DNA of 64,000 nucleotides from a virus (Duplodnaviria; Caudoviricetes): IMG/VR virus record IMGVR_UViG_2816332320_000003, positions 32,001 to 96,000 of that record; one strand, 5' to 3'. Shown piece by piece: positions 61,926 to 64,000 of this stretch (position 1 is its first letter; each line of letters starts with the position of its first letter). The notes under the pieces were generated by a model. It saw only the letters and a program-made list of their open reading frames with translations, ran no database searches and was not told where the DNA came from. The position numbers and the translations under genes were made by a program.

Positions 61926-62300
61926 TTAATCCCCATCTATTCCAAAATCTATTCTAAAATGCCTAATCATTTTCTCTATTGCTTCTTCAATATCCGAACC
62001 TTTCAATACCTCAAAAATACATCGATTTGCCTTTTGTGTTTGACTTCGCTGCTGTAGGACACCATAGGTTACATCATTCAGACCTATGCTTTTTATTTCT
62101 TCCTCATTCCAATCGATTGCACCATGGCTATTGTATGCTTTTAACTCCAATGCTTTTCTTACTGTTCTCTCTGCTTGATCAACAATTAGCATTTTATTTT
62201 TCAAACTAATTCGAGCCATGCGCAATCCCTCATTTTCAATCAAAATATAGTTTGATTCAGTTTTAAGCTTATGTATTAGTCGCTTTGTTATAAATATCAT
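61926..62300 (-). CDS. Hypothetical protein
   Basis: The true start is probably MARIS, after a GAGGG RBS. Confidence 0.55.
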   Translation of the reverse strand: MIFITKRLIHKLKTESNYILIENEGLRMARISLKNKMLIVDQAERTVRKALELKAYNSHGAIDWNEEEIKSIGLNDVTYGVLQQRSQTQKANRCIFEVLKGSDIEEAIEKMIRHFRIDFGIDGD

Positions 62301-62448
62301 ATCAAATATCTGTATATTTTACAATATATTTTTATATGTTATTCCAACGTAATTCCAAACGAATTAGCAGTTGCAACGATAAGAACTATCAGGATTGTAC
62401 CTATAGCTGCTGTTATACCTCCCATTAATTCATCGAATTGTTGATCAC

Positions 62449-62760
62449 TCATCGTAGCCCCTCCTCTCCTACCAGAAAGCTTCTCTCGACTCCCACAAGC
62501 CCGTCCTCAACGTTCTCTGGATCAAAGTAAGCAATCACTACATCGCCAACTTGAAAACGCTCTGTGGTTACTACATTGTCTTGAGTAAAATAAACATTAC
62601 TATCATCATACACGCCAGATCCCCAATATTGACCGTTTTCAACCTTTGTAACTTTATAAATGAACACTGCGTACTCTCCACATGCTTGAGCATTTGAAGA
62701 AGCAAACAAGATGGAAAGGAACAAAGTAATTGCTATAGCAAGATTTTTCATCACATTCAT
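62449..62760 (-). CDS. Secreted protein with OB-fold-like pattern
   Basis: Signal peptide ending AQA; FQVGDVVIAYF. Confidence 0.6.
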   Translation of the reverse strand: MNVMKNLAIAITLFLSILFASSNAQACGEYAVFIYKVTKVENGQYWGSGVYDDSNVYFTQDNVVTTERFQVGDVVIAYFDPENVEDGLVGVERSFLVGEEGLR

Positions 62761-62942
62761 ACACTCCTTAATTTTAGTTGTTAATCTTGTACAATATCTC
62801 CTGTTACTGGATCATAGATGCTTATCTCTCCATTTTCTTTATGTTCATAAATATCTAGTCCGTTGCCTGTTTGACCTCTGTAGCTCCAATTGCATGGATT
62901 AAAGAATGTGTAGTCTGTCTCCATCTTGAATGCCCCCTTGAT

Positions 62943-64000
62943 TTAAGAAGTCAGCTTTAATAATTCGTTCGTACTCATGATGTAATATGACGTATTATTC
63001 ATTACTTTGTTATATGATTGCTCTCCTTCAAATTGATTAATAATTTCCCTATCATCTATTGTCAAATCTTTGTACTTAACCTTTCCATATGAAGGAGGTA
63101 GCCAGTTTCTTTTTTGTGATCCAAATAAATTAAATTTGTGTAACAAATCTATATTTTTGAATTCAATATGACATGTACCTTTTTTATAAAAAGAGACATG
63201 AAAGTATTTTAACTCAATTTTTTTGTTTTCTTGATAATGCTCTGCCATTTTTAAAGCCTGTGTAATGTCTATTTCTTCAGTTTCTCCACTGTCCAAATAA
63301 TTGAATACTTTTTCAATGTCTTTTAATTTATCCACTACCTTGTAATTAGTTGGCTCATATTTTCCCCACGAGTAATTCATATCTCTGAAGCCATTTAAAG
63401 GGATGATTACTTTTTTGTTGATTTTATAAGCTTTATTTGTTTTCCAGCCATTATAGTAATGAATGTTGTTTGATGATTCATCAAAATAGTGTTTATGACT
63501 GAATTCTTCAAAGAGATTTAAAATCGTATCCTCTACACCTTTAATCATTTCTTTATTTAGTTGGATTCTTAACGAATAAATATTAAATAGGGAAAAGTCA
63601 TAATCCTTTAATTCATCTACAGACTGTAAGTATTTCTGCTTTAAATTGCTTGTAAATAACCCCATAAACTGTTCATTGCTAAATAGTGCACTCCAATATT
63701 TTGACCGAATTTGTTTTATATAAGCATTCTCTAGACAGCCTTCCTCTTTGTCGTCATACTCCAATTCTAATTTTAATACTGGTCTGCTATCATCTTTAAA
63801 AGCTCGAAGCATGAAAGGTTTTAAACTGTTGTATTCATCTATGAGTTTTAATCCTGCCTTCACTTCGTAGTTGTACTGCTCAACTATTCCCTCAATGAAA
63901 TCAGAATGAATCAAATTATTAATAGAATTTGTGTTCGTGCTATATTTTTGTTCTTGCTTTAGTTCGTTTAAAATGATGCTGTCGTACTCAATTTTAGGAA
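62943..64000 (-). CDS. DUF4942-domain protein (C-terminal part of a probable methyltransferase), running off the window
   Basis: HYYNGWKTNKAYKINKKVIIP, FYKKGTCHIEF and WLPPSYG motifs; the start lies beyond 64000. Confidence 0.7.
   Translation of the reverse strand, partial: PKIEYDSIILNELKQEQKYSTNTNSINNLIHSDFIEGIVEQYNYEVKAGLKLIDEYNSLKPFMLRAFKDDSRPVLKLELEYDDKEEGCLENAYIKQIRSKYWSALFSNEQFMGLFTSNLKQKYLQSVDELKDYDFSLFNIYSLRIQLNKEMIKGVEDTILNLFEEFSHKHYFDESSNNIHYYNGWKTNKAYKINKKVIIPLNGFRDMNYSWGKYEPTNYKVVDKLKDIEKVFNYLDSGETEEIDITQALKMAEHYQENKKIELKYFHVSFYKKGTCHIEFKNIDLLHKFNLFGSQKRNWLPPSYGKVKYKDLTIDDREIINQFEGEQSYNKVMNNTSYYIMSTNELLKLTS

Larger units (their letters stand above)
1..64000. mobile_element. Segment of a large SPbeta-like temperate phage or prophage (early, replication and regulatory regions)
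   Basis: Gene order YorF-G-H-I-J-like replication genes, YopQ/YopR-like pair, arbitrium-like pair, YolD/UvrX and YspA-SLOG, plus dense co-oriented small ORFs. No host housekeeping genes; the element's ends are not in the window. Confidence 0.85.

Noticed and set aside
539-62902. Numerous plus-strand ORFs in the track (e.g. 5591-6136, 13080-13733, 42083-42532)
   Set aside because: Antisense shadows of well-supported minus-strand genes, with no RBS or motifs. Only 32045, 33148, 33441 and 53596 were accepted on the plus strand.

Overview
An AT-rich (roughly one-third GC, estimated by eye) 64-kb segment of a large SPbeta-like temperate phage or prophage of a Bacillales host (possibly Paenibacillaceae; the host is only inferred). 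Almost all genes are on the minus strand, and no virion, rRNA, tRNA or CRISPR features were seen. Layout: (i) a replication block at 2986-11961 with YorF/G/H-like proteins, a DnaB-type helicase, primase, a PD-(D/E)XK nuclease, a dead HNH gene and a family-B DNA polymerase; (ii) a regulatory core at about 28.9-40.4 kb with two HTH-TPR receptor plus secreted-peptide pairs (one arbitrium-like, peptide ending QQDPGGGW), a DndB-like gene beside a tyrosine-recombinase-fold repressor (SPbeta YopQ/YopR-like), and a TubR/TubZ-like pair; (iii) long runs of small accessory genes at 0.2-2.8, 12.1-28.8 and 40.6-62 kb. The strongest unexplained signal is an 18-bp palindrome, ATNAAA-N6-TTTNAT, found about 50 times (26 exact copies) at gene junctions in those runs. 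It often supplies the upstream gene's stop codon in a fixed register, so the accessory runs look like integron-like arrays of 1-3-gene cassettes. Cassette cargo includes an APOBEC-like deaminase with an injection-type leader and an NLS-like tail, a DUF6884/TGT(DpdA)-like/VUT deazaguanine trio, a TnpB with no tnpA or left end, AbiTii, an ART-like protein and a ComEC-like nuclease. All calls come from reading motifs by eye; no database searches were run.
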